Assembly (NCBI GenBank): GCA_963737635.1
Contig: CAVTTL010000001.1
Span: forward strand, 480,001 to 544,000
Reading direction: 5' to 3'
DNA: 64,000 nucleotides
DNA from: an uncultured Methanoregulaceae archaeon
GTDB taxonomy: Archaea; Halobacteriota; Methanomicrobia; Methanomicrobiales; Methanospirillaceae
The position numbers and the translations under genes are program-made. Under the pieces are notes generated by a model. The model did not search any database and was not told the origin of the DNA. It saw only the letters and a program-made list of their open reading frames with translations. Shown one piece after another: positions 22,054 to 33,002 of the stretch (its first letter is position 1; the number at the start of each line of letters is the position of its first letter).

Positions 22054-22467
22054 ATGATAGTAAAAACTCAAAAGAAGCCAAAAATTCCCGTTCATGATAG
22101 TGTCGAAACCGCTCGAGTAGATAAAAAAATAGCTGCACATCTCCGGTCAGAAAAACTTGTCGAGCAAATGATTCAGAAGCTACGGTTTGACAGGGATGAA
22201 ATTGTCCGTTCCACCGCTGCCGGAGCGCTGGGACGCATCAAATCAGAAAAAGCAGTTGAGCCGCTTATCCATGCACTGAAAGACAATCATATTTATGTCC
22301 GCCATGTCGCTGCCTGGGCACTCGGCGAAATAGCGTCAGAAAAAGCAATCAATGCACTTAAGCAGACGGCATTGACCGATGATGACGAGTTAGCCCGGGG
22401 AAGGGCAACTGAAGCACTGTGGAAAATCCAGAGAAAAAGCAAAGTCAATGTCATTGAATTTTTGTAA
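22054..22467 (+). CDS. HEAT-repeat protein (paralog of 20103-20483)
   Basis: Shares the N-terminal KTQKKPKI and the EIVRS.AAGALG..K.EKAV.PLI.ALKD repeats. Confidence 0.88.
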   Translation: MIVKTQKKPKIPVHDSVETARVDKKIAAHLRSEKLVEQMIQKLRFDRDEIVRSTAAGALGRIKSEKAVEPLIHALKDNHIYVRHVAAWALGEIASEKAINALKQTALTDDDELARGRATEALWKIQRKSKVNVIEFL

Positions 22468-22607
22468 TACATTCATGACGGTGGATGGATCCAAAGATCG
22501 GGTAACTAGTGTATGTGTAATACGCCACGTATCCGGCTTATTGAACGACAAAAGATCGCCGGTAAGCAAAGCACACAATCCTACCTGTAAGAGGAGGTCG
22601 TGACCTT

Positions 22608-23796
22608 ATGGATATCTTCTTTGAACTTTCCGTCAGGAGTGTCCGGCTGAACTTCCTGCGCTCGGTTCTCGCCTCCGTCGGGATCGTGATCGGTGTCGTT
22701 GCCATCTCATCGATGGGAATGCTGGGAGCCAATTTGCAGCTCTCGGTGAAATCCCAGCTCTCGTCAGATGTTAATACCATTATCCTTACCTCCGACGTGG
22801 TAAAAATAAGCTCCGGCCTTGGGGCGGCCCCGCCTTCAAGTACCATTGACACGAGCACCCTCAATGATATCAAAGGATCTGTGGGACAGAACGAGGTGAT
22901 AACAATCCACCACACCAGTACCTGAGTTCAGTGTCGGTGACCAGAATGGTCGGGGAACGATCTATGGGCTTAACCCCATCGATGTGCCAAAATTCCTCAC
23001 TATAGCCGAGGGATCGAATATCCGGGGCAGTGACGTGCTAGTCGGTGCAACCCTTGCTAGCAATTTCAACCTCGTCGTCGGAAGCACGATAAAGATCGGA
23101 CAGAACTGTGCCACCATTACGCGACCGGTAGTTAGGGTAGCCGGGATCCTTCAGGCACGGGGCATCGCGGCTGACGGCGTCAATGTGGACAACGGGATCG
23201 TGGTTGACGATGTCTGGTATACAGACCACTTTGGCGGCCTGAACCAGTACGATCAGGTCAACGTGATTGTGGCGGACGTGGACACTATCAACCAGACCGA
23301 GGCGGCAATCAATGACAAAGTAAACAGGAACAGCGACGTGGTGCGGGTATCTGACGCCAGCTCCCGGTTGTCAACTATTTCAACCACCCTTGGGACGATT
23401 ACCACCTTTATCATTGCAATTGGAGGCATATCCCTAGTGGTTGCTGCGGTCAGCATCTTCAACGTCATGATGATGTCGGTCAAGGAGCGGATTCAGGAGA
23501 TCGGTATCCTACTCTCGATCGGGACGGAAAAAGGAGAAGTACGGAGGATGTTCCTGTACGAGGCGCTCATCTTAGGCATCATCGGTGCGGTGGCGGGCGG
23601 CATCATGAGTTTTATTATAGGCTACTCGGTGGTGAGCGCCATGGTCGGCAACACCCAGTACTTCTTTGCCCCGGGCAGCCTGATCTATATCCCCTACGGT
23701 ATGATCATCGGCGTGGTTGTCTGTGTGGTGTCCGGGATGTATCCCGCGTGGGCGGCGTCAAATATGGATCCCATTGATGCCTTGAGAAGTGAATAG
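22608..23796 (+). CDS. MacB/FtsX-type ABC transporter permease (frameshift near 22920)
   Basis: RSVLASVGIVIGVVAI, IGGISLVVAAVSIFNVMMMSVKERIQEIG, YPAWAASNMDPIDALR. Confidence 0.9.
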
Positions 23797-23813
23797 CCGG
23801 TTTTTCCTTCGTA

Positions 23814-24242
23814 TTATCCGGATCGTCTGAATACCATCTCTATCCGCTCGAAATCATCCTTCTGAATCTCGATCAGGCCGAAGCGGAATGCATACCCCCA
23901 CGATTTCTTATTCCGGATAAAGTGGAGATCCGGGATGAGCGGCTCGATCTTTACTTCTCCGGTGTACTGGTACTTCGCATTTCTCCGGAATGGCTTGAAA
24001 TCCGGCGACATTTCTACCTGTACAATGTCATTGTCTGCAACCGTTCCAAGAGCGGTAAACGCATGCAGAGATTCGTCTCCCCCATAGGCAACTTTCGGGG
24101 AATAGTAGATGATTGCATCTCCGGCATGCATTCTTGCAAGGCCGGTACGTTTTCCGTGCCCGGCCTGCACGAACCCTCCGGCAACGCCGAGCATCACGTG
24201 TTCTTTGGAGGTAACAACAATCCAGAACCGGCGATCTGTCAT
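23814..24242 (-). CDS. EVE domain protein
   Basis: FWIVVTSKEHV..QAGHGK..GDAIIYYSP..FKPFRR..WGYAFRFGLIEI..DF; 10 bp downstream of the ligase gene. Confidence 0.88.
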   Translation of the reverse strand: MTDRRFWIVVTSKEHVMLGVAGGFVQAGHGKRTGLARMHAGDAIIYYSPKVAYGGDESLHAFTALGTVADNDIVQVEMSPDFKPFRRNAKYQYTGEVKIEPLIPDLHFIRNKKSWGYAFRFGLIEIQKDDFERIEMVFRRSG

Positions 24243-24252
24243 TGGGCGATCA

Positions 24253-25770
24253 TTATCCTCCTGCCTTAAATACCAGCCACTCATTTTTTCCGGCACGTTT
24301 GAACCGGACGAGGACATACGGGCCGTTCAGCCGTTCCCCATGGAGGTTAATCTCGATCTTATCATCACCCCAATGCACCGTGGTGTACCTGCCTTTATCC
24401 CAGATGCTGACCGTTCCTGCGCCATACTCTCCTTGGGGGATCGTTCCCTCAAAGGTCCCGTATTCAAGGGGGTGATCCTCAACCGCCACCGCAAGATGTT
24501 TCTCGCCGGGCGTTTCCGGTATTCCTTTTGGCACAGCCCAACTCTTCAGTACACCATCACGTTCCAGGCGCAGATCGTAATGGAGGTGACGTGCATGGTG
24601 TTCATGGATGACAAAATAATTCCCTTCACTTGCGTTCGCTGTTCCCTTCGGTTCTTTTGTCATAGAAAAATCCCTCCTCTCCTGATAATTCTTCAATAAC
24701 GATACGGCTGATTGCATTTTTTTCTCATCATTTGCGGTTCTTTCCGTTACGGGAGTACCGATTGTGGTGCCACTTTCTTCCAGCTGATCGAAGGTGCATT
24801 CCTCGGGTTTTTTGTCCAGCCGGATCCTGAGAAAACGAGGTATTCTTAGTTTTTTGTCCCTTGTGCTCTCCTGATATGCCACCTCGCAGACGAGCACGGG
24901 GTTCAGCCAGGTTACGTGGTCACTTTGGTCCGTTGCAACAAAGCTCGGGGTTTTTGTCACCAGGCTTGAAAACGTCTTCATAAGGTCCGCTTGATCGTGA
25001 ACCGAGAACCCGGTCCCGACTTTGCCGATATATACCAACGTTTTCCCTGTTGGATAAAGACCGGTTCCACCTGATCCCAAGGACTCGGTCTCGTTCCGGG
25101 TATCATACACCCCAAGCAGGAGAGCGCCAAACGAAGTCCCCCGTTTTCCCTGCCCCGCGGTATAACCGGCGATAACACAGTCGCAGGTCTTCTGCGCCTT
25201 TATCTTCAACCAGTTCACGCTCCGCAATCCCGGATCATACCGGCTATCCTTGCGTTTTGCCATGATACCTTCAAGTCCCTGTGCAACTGCAGCCCGGTAG
25301 TACTCTTCCCCTCTCGAATCAATGGGCCGGGACAAAACAACATGGGGACCTTCCTTTACGACTTGTTCGAGAATCTTTCTCCGGTCGGTAAACGTGAGGC
25401 TGGTCAATGGTTTCCCATCCTTTTCCAGAATATCGAAAACAATGTAGGTGACCAGGTTTGTTTTCTGGCCGGGCAAGGATCTTCCAGCTTTAGCCTGCAA
25501 ACGGGGGAAAAGGGACTGGATATCAGGTTTTCCCTTATACATGACGACAATTTCCCCATCGAGGACAGTGCCCGGGGCGAGGCCCGGAAGCACGCTCAGT
25601 TCCGGAAACTGCCCGGCCAGTTCATTACCGTTCCGGCTCCTGATGGACAGTGTGGCATTGACATAGGCAATGGCCCGGACACCGTCCCATTTGACCTCAA
25701 AAACCCAGTCATCGCCGCTGAAGGGACCGTGGGCGATTTTTGCAAGCATTGGCTGGTATCGGGCATTCAT
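24253..25770 (-). CDS. ligD: NHEJ ATP-dependent DNA ligase fused to a C-terminal LigD 3'-phosphoesterase domain
   Basis: Ligase motifs EVKWDG, LDGEIV, VFDIL, EGIMAK, WLKIK, RIPRF. PE motifs HEHHARHLHYDLRLE, SWAVPKG, HPLEY..FEG..YGAG. Confidence 0.93.
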   Translation of the reverse strand: MNARYQPMLAKIAHGPFSGDDWVFEVKWDGVRAIAYVNATLSIRSRNGNELAGQFPELSVLPGLAPGTVLDGEIVVMYKGKPDIQSLFPRLQAKAGRSLPGQKTNLVTYIVFDILEKDGKPLTSLTFTDRRKILEQVVKEGPHVVLSRPIDSRGEEYYRAAVAQGLEGIMAKRKDSRYDPGLRSVNWLKIKAQKTCDCVIAGYTAGQGKRGTSFGALLLGVYDTRNETESLGSGGTGLYPTGKTLVYIGKVGTGFSVHDQADLMKTFSSLVTKTPSFVATDQSDHVTWLNPVLVCEVAYQESTRDKKLRIPRFLRIRLDKKPEECTFDQLEESGTTIGTPVTERTANDEKKMQSAVSLLKNYQERRDFSMTKEPKGTANASEGNYFVIHEHHARHLHYDLRLERDGVLKSWAVPKGIPETPGEKHLAVAVEDHPLEYGTFEGTIPQGEYGAGTVSIWDKGRYTTVHWGDDKIEINLHGERLNGPYVLVRFKRAGKNEWLVFKAGG

Positions 25771-25795
25771 GGATGGTCAGTACCACCTGGTGAAA

Positions 25796-26827
25796 TCACT
25801 TAACGGCAAGGGTTGCAAGGGTTTCTTTGAGCGCCTGCATAAGCTCTTTTGCTTCTTCGAGATGGGGTTCTTCGTAAACGATCTTTTCCCCTGCAAGCTT
25901 CTGTTTGACGAGATCCATGACTGCCCTGTGATAGTGGTCTTGGTACTCGTCTATGGAAAAGTCCCCGGTCAACTGGTTGACTATCCGTTTTGCAAGGGCA
26001 ATCTCAGATTCCTTGGGGACCGGGAGATCGATAAGATTGGGAAATGCCTGCGGGGGAGTGACTTCTTCTGCGTACCTGAGAGTGGTAAGCACAAGCCCGC
26101 CCCGATAGAAATGCACGAGGACAGGATACTCTTTTGTCCGGAGGGTAATAGACCCGGCCGCTGCCATACTCAGATCCCGGAGCGTGGTTGCGAAAAGATT
26201 GTACGCTTCCTCGCTGCTATCCGGGGTAAGGACGTAGGACGTGTCAAAATACATTGGATCGAGGGAGAGATAATACACAAATTTCCCGATCCGGATCTTC
26301 CGGTCTGATTCCGGAGCGATCGCTTTGAGTTCCTCGTTTGTGAATACAATAAACTCCCCTTTCCTGACCTCATATCCTTTTACCGTGTCTTCCCAAGGGA
26401 CCACGCGACCGTCCCGGGAACAGACCCGGTTATATTTGAGCGGTTGTCCATCCTCCCGGTGGAGCAGCCGGAACGAAAACGACCTGTCCCTGACCATCGT
26501 GTTGAGGCGGACCGGAATATTGATAAGACCGATAGCTATTGCACCACTCCAGAAGGATCTTCCGGCCGCTCCCTGTGGCGGGGATCCGCCCGCATCGTGC
26601 TTTGTGGCTGCCGGAACGTGTTTTTTCTTTATATTCCCGGCCGTCCCGGAAAGAGAGGGAATCCCTTCGAGCGACGGAGCCTGAACAAGTTCAACCGGTC
26701 TAGGGCCGGAAACTCCTGATAGGGGATTTTTTTTGTGTCCGTCTGGTCCTGAGCCTTTGTTCTTGTCCGGTTTTTCGTGTGGCGATTTCCTATCTGTTGG
26801 ATCCCCCGATTGACTGCCGGTTTTCAA
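25796..26827 (-). CDS. ku: Prokaryotic Ku (NHEJ end-binding protein); start uncertain
   Basis: RSFWSGAIAIGLINIPVRL, VKGYEV, YFDTSYVLTP, TLRYAEEV, YQDHY, LMQALKETL. Confidence 0.92.
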   Translation of the reverse strand: MKTGSQSGDPTDRKSPHEKPDKNKGSGPDGHKKNPLSGVSGPRPVELVQAPSLEGIPSLSGTAGNIKKKHVPAATKHDAGGSPPQGAAGRSFWSGAIAIGLINIPVRLNTMVRDRSFSFRLLHREDGQPLKYNRVCSRDGRVVPWEDTVKGYEVRKGEFIVFTNEELKAIAPESDRKIRIGKFVYYLSLDPMYFDTSYVLTPDSSEEAYNLFATTLRDLSMAAAGSITLRTKEYPVLVHFYRGGLVLTTLRYAEEVTPPQAFPNLIDLPVPKESEIALAKRIVNQLTGDFSIDEYQDHYHRAVMDLVKQKLAGEKIVYEEPHLEEAKELMQALKETLATLAVK

Positions 26828-27677
26828 AGATGTCCCTCCACGGATCTTCTTGTGCTGGATTCAGTGTCCTGATATTAAAATCTTCGGGACGGACACCATG
26901 GTTCAGATCCTTCCAGTGAAGCGGTGTCGAGACCGTCGCGCCTGGACTTCCTCTCAGGCTGTATGGCGCAACCATCGTTTTCCCGTGAGCGTTCTGGAGA
27001 TAGTCGATGAAGATCGTTCCGGGATCCCGGGACATCGGGAACTCCGAGACGACATGAGGCACTTCCTGTGAAATTGCTTTGCCGATCTGGTGAACGAACT
27101 CCCGGACCTCGCCGAACCGGTACCCCGGTACAAGCGGGACTACGATATGGAGCCCCTTCTTTCCCGACGTTTTCACGTACGGCCGGATCCCATCGTTTTC
27201 CAGACGCTCGTGGACGATATGGGCGATATCAATGACCTCATCAAAGGGAACCGGGGGTTCGGGATCGATATCGAAGAGCAGGAGATCCGGGGATTCAAAG
27301 GCGGTTGTAGTGGAAAGAGTGGCGTGGATCTCCAGCGAGGCAAGGTTTGCCATCCAGATAAGGGTGTCGAGGTTGTTGCAGACGATAAAATGCACCTCGC
27401 GTTGTGCGGTCTTCGACCACCGGGTGAATATATCCACGTAATCCGGGGTTCCCCGGGGAGTATCCTTCTCATAGAAATCCTCGCCCCCGATACCTTCCGG
27501 GAACCGGTGCATGGTTAGTGGCCGGTTAAGGAGAACCGGGAGCATGAAGGGAGCATACCGGATGTAGTGGGTAATAACCTCTTCCTTGGTGATCCCTGCT
27601 GCCGGATACAATATTTTTTCCAAGTTGGTCAGCCGGACCTTCGAGAGATCATTAAACGATGTCCCGTTCTTTGGCAT
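26790..27677 (-). CDS. LigD polymerase/primase domain (PolDom, AEP family)
   Basis: LTNLEKILYP, RPLTMHRFPEG, FYEK, FDIDP, KTSGKKGLH, IFIDYLQN, APYSLR, VSTPLHW, DPW. Confidence 0.92.
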   Translation of the reverse strand: MPKNGTSFNDLSKVRLTNLEKILYPAAGITKEEVITHYIRYAPFMLPVLLNRPLTMHRFPEGIGGEDFYEKDTPRGTPDYVDIFTRWSKTAQREVHFIVCNNLDTLIWMANLASLEIHATLSTTTAFESPDLLLFDIDPEPPVPFDEVIDIAHIVHERLENDGIRPYVKTSGKKGLHIVVPLVPGYRFGEVREFVHQIGKAISQEVPHVVSEFPMSRDPGTIFIDYLQNAHGKTMVAPYSLRGSPGATVSTPLHWKDLNHGVRPEDFNIRTLNPAQEDPWRDIFENRQSIGGSNR

Positions 27678-27786
27678 TGAAATGAGTTCCGGTTAGCGGG
27701 AGAAAATAATTTCCTTGTTAGCGATTGGAGTTTCACTCGCTAAATTGTTCAAATCCCATAAATGCATCAGCACCTTCTTCAATAAT

Positions 27787-28149
27787 TTATAGCCCGCGGT
27801 TTATCCAGAGGACGAGCGATACGCTAATGAACACAATGAAAAACGTGAACCGGTAAGCAGCTGCTAAGTTTATCGCCACCCCTGGTGGAGAGAGGAGAAA
27901 ACCGCATATGAGAAAAAGCAGAGTAACTACACAAACCGCGGGAATTGCATAGTACCTGGTTGACCAGTAAGCCAGAATGAGGGGAATGAAATAAAGGAGC
28001 CAGACCGGGTCACCAAGAGGAGTTATAGTGTCGATTAGATAGACTGCAAAGAAGATCAGAGCAACTACAATTACAAGACCTAGATCGGATGCAAGGTGTT
28101 TGAGTATCGGTGATACCGGGGCTTTATTATGACGTCGAGCGGGTAACAT
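27787..28149 (-). CDS. Small membrane protein (hypothetical)
   Basis: About four hydrophobic helices; DTITPLG..WLLYFIP resembles kinase membrane-sensor modules. Confidence 0.65.
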   Translation of the reverse strand: MLPARRHNKAPVSPILKHLASDLGLVIVVALIFFAVYLIDTITPLGDPVWLLYFIPLILAYWSTRYYAIPAVCVVTLLFLICGFLLSPPGVAINLAAAYRFTFFIVFISVSLVLWINRGL

Positions 28150-28258
28150 ATCACATTCCATCTAAAACGAAAACTGGCATATTCAAATATATCATAACTT
28201 TTCCAGACAATCTTAAAAAATTGTTGCTATTTTTGAATATATTTGAGAGCGATCAGGT

Positions 28259-30082
28259 TCAAGGCTCTTTTTCCTCTCTTTTGCAGGCATTCCGGTGGCT
28301 TGCCTGAACGTAGGTTCTCAGGATGTCGGATCGGGTAAGGAAACCAACTAGCGTGTCCGGGTTTTCCTCAGGTACAACCGGCAGGTGATCGAAGTTCTGG
28401 CCGACCATGATGACCAGAGCATCCTCAAGGGTGTCGTCCGGATGGATGACAAATGGCTTGAATGTCATGATCTCGCGTATGGTCGGGCACGTTTTATTTG
28501 CGGCGCGGACGGCGGTCACATCCCGGTTCGTGATTATCCCGACGAGGCAGCCATTATCGACAATGGGAAAACCAGTATGCCCGGTTTTTGTGATGAGGTC
28601 GATGACCTTTCCTGGCTCATCAGAGGGAGAGAGTGTGATGACTGACTCCCGCGGGATCATAGCATCCCGGATAAATATCCCTTCAAGGGTTTCCCGGTCA
28701 TATTCGCCGCGATGGGCGCCGGACTGAGCTTTGGTCGGTACCTGGTCTCGGAAGATGGTCTTTTCTCCGGTCAGCAGGTGGGAAACGGCGACGGCGGCCA
28801 TTGCCGGTATCAGGATCGTAATGCTTCCCACCATCTCGACCACCATGATCAGCACTGCAATGGGCGCATTGGCCACCGCCCCGAATAATGATATCATACC
28901 CACGACGATAAAAACCGGAATTGTTGCCGCCGGTACATACATCGGGAACAACAGGTGCAGGATAATGCCAAGAGCCGCCCCGATCGATGCACCAATAGTA
29001 AGTCCCGGGCCAAACACACCCCCGCTTCCTCCAGAGCCGAGAGTGAGGGATGTTGCAAGGATCTTGAAAAACGGCAACAGCAGGATCACGGCGAGCGGAA
29101 GCATGGAATAGAGCATGAGCTGGTCAAAACCATAACCTGACCCCAAACAGGCAAGGCCAAGCATTTCTGCATCAGGGGATATGATTGCGAGTATAGTAAC
29201 CAAAATGCCGAGGATAAGCGCTCCTGAAACCGGCTTTAAGTATTGGGGAAGATTATGTTGTTTGAATACGGCTGTAAACCAATCGCGGCTTCCGTAAAAG
29301 AGAAAGATATAGAGGAGACCGAACGCCGCACACGGTACACCGAGCAGGAGGAAGAGGGGGATCTGCCATACGGTCCACGAGAGCGGGATAAGCGAGAAGA
29401 TTGGCGCGTATCCTTCGAAGAACCCGAAGATGGCATACCCGATCACCGATGCAAGAAATGCCGGAATAATGGCATCGGATTCGAAGTCCCGAGTGTAGAG
29501 GACTTCTGCGGCAAGCACCGCCCCGCCAAGCGGTGCCTTGAATATGGTCCCGATCCCTGCCCCGATCCCGGTCGTGAGTGCAATCCTCCTCTCGCGGGGG
29601 GAGAGGCCGAGCATATCCGCAACAACGGACCCGAAACCCGCCGATATCTGGGCCGCGGGGCCTTCCCTCCCTGCACTTCCTCCGGTTGATATGGTAAGGA
29701 TTGCCGTTACGGCTTTTAAGACCGGAACCCTTTTGCGTATCCTGCCATCGCCATGGAATGCCTTGATCGCTGCATCTGTGCCATGTCCCTCTGCCTCAGG
29801 GGCAAAACGAGTGACGAGGAAGCCGGTCAGGAGACTCCCCGATAGGAGGATGGGAATCAGAAAGAAGAGCGAATGGGGCTCAGACCACTGGCTGATTGCT
29901 GCAACACTCTGACCTTCCTGTGGGTATGCATACTGCAGGAGATATCCCATGAAGAAGGCAATTCCCCATTTGAGACCCTCATAAAAAAGGAGAGAGCCGA
30001 AACCGGCAATGATACCAACTACTATAGCGATTATGACAACCCGTTTTGTCGGTGTAATACCGGAAGGGAGAGAGAACTTCAT
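28259..30082 (-). CDS. ClC chloride channel/Cl-:H+ antiporter with C-terminal CBS pair
   Basis: GHGTD, GGSAGREGP, APLGG, GGSGGVFGP, followed by two CBS domains. Confidence 0.93.
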   Translation of the reverse strand: MKFSLPSGITPTKRVVIIAIVVGIIAGFGSLLFYEGLKWGIAFFMGYLLQYAYPQEGQSVAAISQWSEPHSLFFLIPILLSGSLLTGFLVTRFAPEAEGHGTDAAIKAFHGDGRIRKRVPVLKAVTAILTISTGGSAGREGPAAQISAGFGSVVADMLGLSPRERRIALTTGIGAGIGTIFKAPLGGAVLAAEVLYTRDFESDAIIPAFLASVIGYAIFGFFEGYAPIFSLIPLSWTVWQIPLFLLLGVPCAAFGLLYIFLFYGSRDWFTAVFKQHNLPQYLKPVSGALILGILVTILAIISPDAEMLGLACLGSGYGFDQLMLYSMLPLAVILLLPFFKILATSLTLGSGGSGGVFGPGLTIGASIGAALGIILHLLFPMYVPAATIPVFIVVGMISLFGAVANAPIAVLIMVVEMVGSITILIPAMAAVAVSHLLTGEKTIFRDQVPTKAQSGAHRGEYDRETLEGIFIRDAMIPRESVITLSPSDEPGKVIDLITKTGHTGFPIVDNGCLVGIITNRDVTAVRAANKTCPTIREIMTFKPFVIHPDDTLEDALVIMVGQNFDHLPVVPEENPDTLVGFLTRSDILRTYVQASHRNACKREEKEP

Positions 30083-30115
30083 GTATTCTGTGGTTTTTTA
30101 CTTTTTTTCCCGATC

Positions 30116-32732
30116 CTATTTCAGTGTTCTCATAAAGAATTCTGACCGTAATGCCAAAAAATAAAGGAGTCTCTTGTCTATCCTGAAAGGAAGAGATGTT
30201 AGCGGGAATCCAGAACTTGGATTAACCTCGTATCCCTTGAATCGGATTATATGTTCTCTTTTGCCAGGTTTCCCGATGAATCCCGGCTGAAAAATACGGT
30301 ATGCTAGCAGTTTCACCTGATCCTGGAACGGGAACATGACCAGAGTGTAGAGCCAGACAAGCCCTGCAAGTTCCCAACCGATGGGTGTCATAAAAACCCC
30401 ATACACTGCGATGAGAGTAGCCACAAGTTGTGTCCCGATGACTGCAATGAGCAGGATCCGCGCCGGGGGGATAGACCAGAATGGTCCTCTTGTGCGGGCG
30501 ACGAACACCGTCAGGTGTCCTCCGACAGAGAGGTTCAGGTAGACCAAGGTCTGGATGAGGGCCGGGGTAAGATGCAGTACTGAATTGCCTATAAAAAATA
30601 TGCCAAACGACCGTAGTGCGGCGAAGAGACCGATAGTCGAGGCAATGACTAATACAAAACGCATATCCCAGGATTCCGGTTTATTGGAATACCTTACGTT
30701 GTCATAAGCGATGGAGAGGATCGCGCCATCATTGAGAATTGCCAGGAGCACGATCATAATCGCGGTGACCGGGTAGAAATCGAAGAGAAGGATAACCACC
30801 GCAATAAAGAGGAGAAGCGCGAATGTCTCCGCAATACGGTAGATAGTGTAGTTGAGCATTCGCTGGAAGATTTTTCTGGCTTCTTTGACAGCGTCGATGA
30901 TCACCGAAAGACCGGGTTTCAGAAGTACGATCAGCTGCCGCCGCACGGGCAGCATCGGTCGCTCCCGATACCGCGATGCCGGCATCAGCCTTCTTCAGGG
31001 CAGGGGCGTCGTTGACTCCGTCCCCGGTCATGCCCACGATATGCCCATGCTTCTGGAGCACTTCAACGATATGGTACTTGTGCTGGGGGAAAACCTGTGC
31101 AAATCCATCCGCCTTCTCGATGGCATCGTCCATCCCGCTTGTCCTGTCTTTCGCGGCATCGAAAATGCTGGCGTCCACGATGTTTGTAGACAAACCAAGT
31201 TCCTTTCCGATCTCCTTTGCGATTGCGATCTGGTCCCCTGTGACCATTTTCACGGTGATACCCATACTTTGTGCAGCTTCGACGGTCTCTTTTGAGTCCT
31301 CCCGCAAGGGATCGAAAAGAGGGATAATTCCGATGAACTTCCATGTGCCAGCATCAATAGTACGGGCAACTCCAAGGGACCGGTATCCCTTCCCGGCAAA
31401 CTCGTCCACTACCTTATTCACGATCGGCCTGAGCAGTTCGGCGTCAGGATCAAGGGCAAGGATAACCTGCGGCGCACCTTTGGTGGTTTTGAATGTAATC
31501 CCATCCTTTCCCACCACCGTCGCCTCCGTCCGCTTGTGCACCGGATCGAACGGCGTAAAATGAGTTACCTGACAGGACTTCACATTCTCATTAAGCCCGG
31601 GCGTCACTCCTTTGAGAATGGCAAGATCGATCGTGTCCTGGTTCTCTGCCCGCGAGGCGAGGGCAGCACAAAATATCACATCCTCCGGCTCCACTCCTTC
31701 ACGGGTGAAGTGTTTTCCCATGGTCAGGGAGTTCTGGGTAAGAGTGCCGGTCTTGTCAGAGCACAGAACGTCAATCCCCGCCAGTTCCTCGATCGAGGTC
31801 AGCTTGGTGACGATTGCCTGCTCGCGGGCGAGAACCCCAGCTCCGATGGCCATGGTGACCGACATCACTGCCGGCATGGCCACCGGCACCGCCGCGACTG
31901 TCAGTACCAACCCAAACTGCAGGACCTCTAGGAAGGGATTGCCACGGAGAAATGAAACTACAACAATGACGATCGCAAGACTGATGGCGATATATATCAG
32001 GTAATTCGCGATCTTTATCACTGCTTTCTGCAGGTGGCCTAGAGTTTCTGTTCCCCCCACGAGTTCAGCAATCTTTCCGTAGTAAGTATGCATTCCGGTC
32101 GCGTACACCAGTGCATCGGTCTCCCCCTCCCGGATGATCGACCCCAAATAGAGAATCTCGTCAAGTTTCCGCTCAACTGGAAGAGACTCTCCGGTAAGAG
32201 CTGACTGGTCTACTTCGACAGGTCCGTCTTCCAGGAGTTTTGAATCTGCAGGGACGATATCTCCCATGCGGACACGGATGATGTCCCCCGGCACAAGCTC
32301 CCTCCCGGGCACCATGATCCATTCTCCGCTCCGCTTTACCCGTGCCTGGATCGCCAGTTTTCGTTTCAGCTCGTCAATGACGTTGCCTGCCTGATATTCC
32401 TCCCGGAAGCCTACAATAGCATTCATCACCAAGAGGGCAAGAATGACGCAAAGGTCTTCCCAGTGCTGCAGGACTCCGGAGAGGAGCGCAGCAAGCATGA
32501 TCATCCAGGGAATCGGTCCCCAGAAATAAGTCAGGAACTTAATAATTGGGCTGACGCGTTTTTCGGGGATCTCATTATATCCATATTTTTCCAAACGGGA
32601 TACAACTTCTTCATGAGTGAGACCTTCGGAAGTAGTTTTCAGCTCCTTTTCAAGATCTCTAGTGGGAAGTGCCTCTTCCCGGATTTTCGTTGTTTGTTCC
32701 TGTTGTTTTGGGCCGGTCATCCTATCACTCAC
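30116..32732 (-). CDS. Plasma-membrane-type proton-efflux P-type ATPase (P3A; frameshift near 30935)
   Basis: WGPIPWM, DQSALTGES, PVAMP, CSDKTGTLT, PFDPVHKRT, KGAPQ, TGDGVNDAPAL, then IFQRM..Y..YRI and ILNDG in the second frame. Confidence 0.92.
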
Positions 32733-33002
32733 ATGAAGATTTTAAGATAAATTATCGGAATCCATTCTTGCTCCTGCGTAAGGGTGGTCAACAGATGAAC
32801 CGATCGTTTTCATAAACCCCTCTTCCAACATTTTTAGCATCACAGAGTAACAATGGTTCCAGTGGAATTACCATTTGAACACTCCAAATCGGCATTATCT
32901 GAATCTGGTCATTCGTGGCATCACGCACCGGGATAAAAAAAACTATGACCCATTCCGGGACCCGGATCCAGAGTTCACATCACCCGGATTCAATATTCAA
33001 AC

